NCBI RefSeq assembly: GCF_902713615.1
Contig: NC_052153.1
Coordinates: forward strand, 148,567,772 to 148,631,771
Reading direction: 5' to 3'
From: Scyliorhinus canicula
Taxonomy: Eukaryota
DNA length: 64,000 nucleotides
Shown: positions 62,863 to 64,000 of the stretch, one piece after another
Layout of the letters: every line of letters starts with the position of its first letter
How positions within the stretch are numbered: the first letter of the stretch is position 1
Position numbers and translations under genes: made by a program
The notes under the pieces: model-generated
What the model was told of the DNA's origin: nothing
Database searches by the model: none
The model's input: the letters and a program-made list of their open reading frames with translations, nothing else

Positions 62863-63026
62863 CATTTTTGGTTCTTGTGTGGCAGGACTCATTCGGCACA
62901 CTTCATCTGGTACTCTTTTGCCTACTCCAACTGTTGAACTTCCTATCACTGCTGTGTCTGCCACTTCTCCATTTGGCAGAATGCCATCTGCAAACCATAC
63001 CCTTCTGTGCTCTCTGGAACAGATGC
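62863..63026 (-). CDS. ZFYVE16: ZFYVE16 coding exon (first in window), contains PP1-binding RVxF motif
   Basis: Translates (G)[28 protein letters not shown]...QEPKM, matching the recalled endofin [25 protein letters not shown]; acag| acceptor, ATG|gtattg donor; 164 nt, phase 1 to 0. Confidence 0.9.
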
Positions 63027-63367
63027 CTGTGGAGAAAAGAATACCCGATAAAATTTATACATATTCTCATTGAAAGCTTCAAACATATTAAGACTACTGC
63101 ATCAACTCTATTTTCTTTAGATCACAACTTGAACTAATGCAAATTTTCATAGAAGAAATGTCATGTTTTCTTAGCATTAAAGAATAGAGATTCCGAAGAT
63201 AGCATAAAGGTTCATAAAAATGCTTCATCCTGAATGCCAAACTCAGGAAATCTCAGATTTGCCGATACAAATTAGTCTAACAACAGCCAATGGATCAAAT
63301 ACATGTAAACAATTTATGTACATATAGATATTTCACTAGCATAAGTTATTATGGCTTGTGTACATAG

Positions 63368-63680
63368 TACATAGAACATACAATGCAGAAGGAGGCCATT
63401 AAGCCCATCGTGTCTGCACCGACCCACTTAAGCCCTCACTTCCACCCTATCCCCGTTACCCAATAACTCACCTAACCTTTTTGGTCACTAAGGACAATTT
63501 TATCATGTCCAATCCACTTAACCTGCACGTCTTTGGACTGTGGGAGGAAACCGGAGCACCCGGAGGAAACCCACGCAGACACGGGGAGAACGTGCAGACT
63601 CTGCACAGTGACTCAGCGAAGAATCGAACCTGGGACCCTGGCACTGTGAAGCCACAATGCTATCCACTTGTGCTACCGTT
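63368..63680 (-). mobile_element. HE1-like SINE with CR1 tail
   Basis: Same head, core and tail as 59615-59941. Confidence 0.85.
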
Positions 63681-64000
63681 GTGTTTGAGTATTGGTCAGA
63701 CAACACTTGAAGTACTGTGCAGAATTTTGGTCGCCATTTTATTTTTAAATTGGCAGAGAGAAATTGCTTTTTCATGTGCAGGATAACTTAAAGATTTCCC
63801 AAATGGTCTTTTGGGTGAAAGCCAATGTAGCATGTAAAATTAAATTACTGCAGATGCGGCAATCTGAAACAAAGTTAGTAGCAGTGTAACTAATATGTGC
63901 AACTAAGTGCCACAGCAGACTGGAAACCAAATCATCTCTTCTGTGTTAGCTGACCTCAGCTAGGGCAGCAGTTGGGATTATAAGGTTGTTTTCAGTGTCT

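Overview
Eukaryotic, repeat-rich vertebrate DNA; the repeat families resemble those of cartilaginous fishes (shark/catshark; inference). The window holds the 3' part of one host gene on the minus strand, ZFYVE16 (endofin). Thirteen GT-AG coding exons (63026 down to the stop at 9345) join in frame to 1934 nt, covering the PP1-binding RVWF motif and the SARA/endofin C-terminal domain. The FYVE exons lie beyond the right edge. Introns are filled with mobile elements: a near-full-length CR1 LINE with an open ORF2 plus an adjacent inverted copy, L1-clade elements, Gypsy relics and solo LTRs, two GC-rich Harbinger-like MITEs, a hAT/Charlie element and many tRNA-derived SINEs. Two observations stand out. 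(1) A decayed SDF2/SDF2L1-like retrocopy with its own TSD and poly(A) is nested inside a TIR- and TSD-bounded hAT element, so the element may carry host cargo. (2) An in-frame U_UUA_AAC slippery heptamer sits at the CR1 ORF1 stop, with an AUG-less ORF2 in the -1 frame, suggesting programmed -1 frameshifting. Coordinates were read by eye; repeat boundaries without a stated TSD are approximate.
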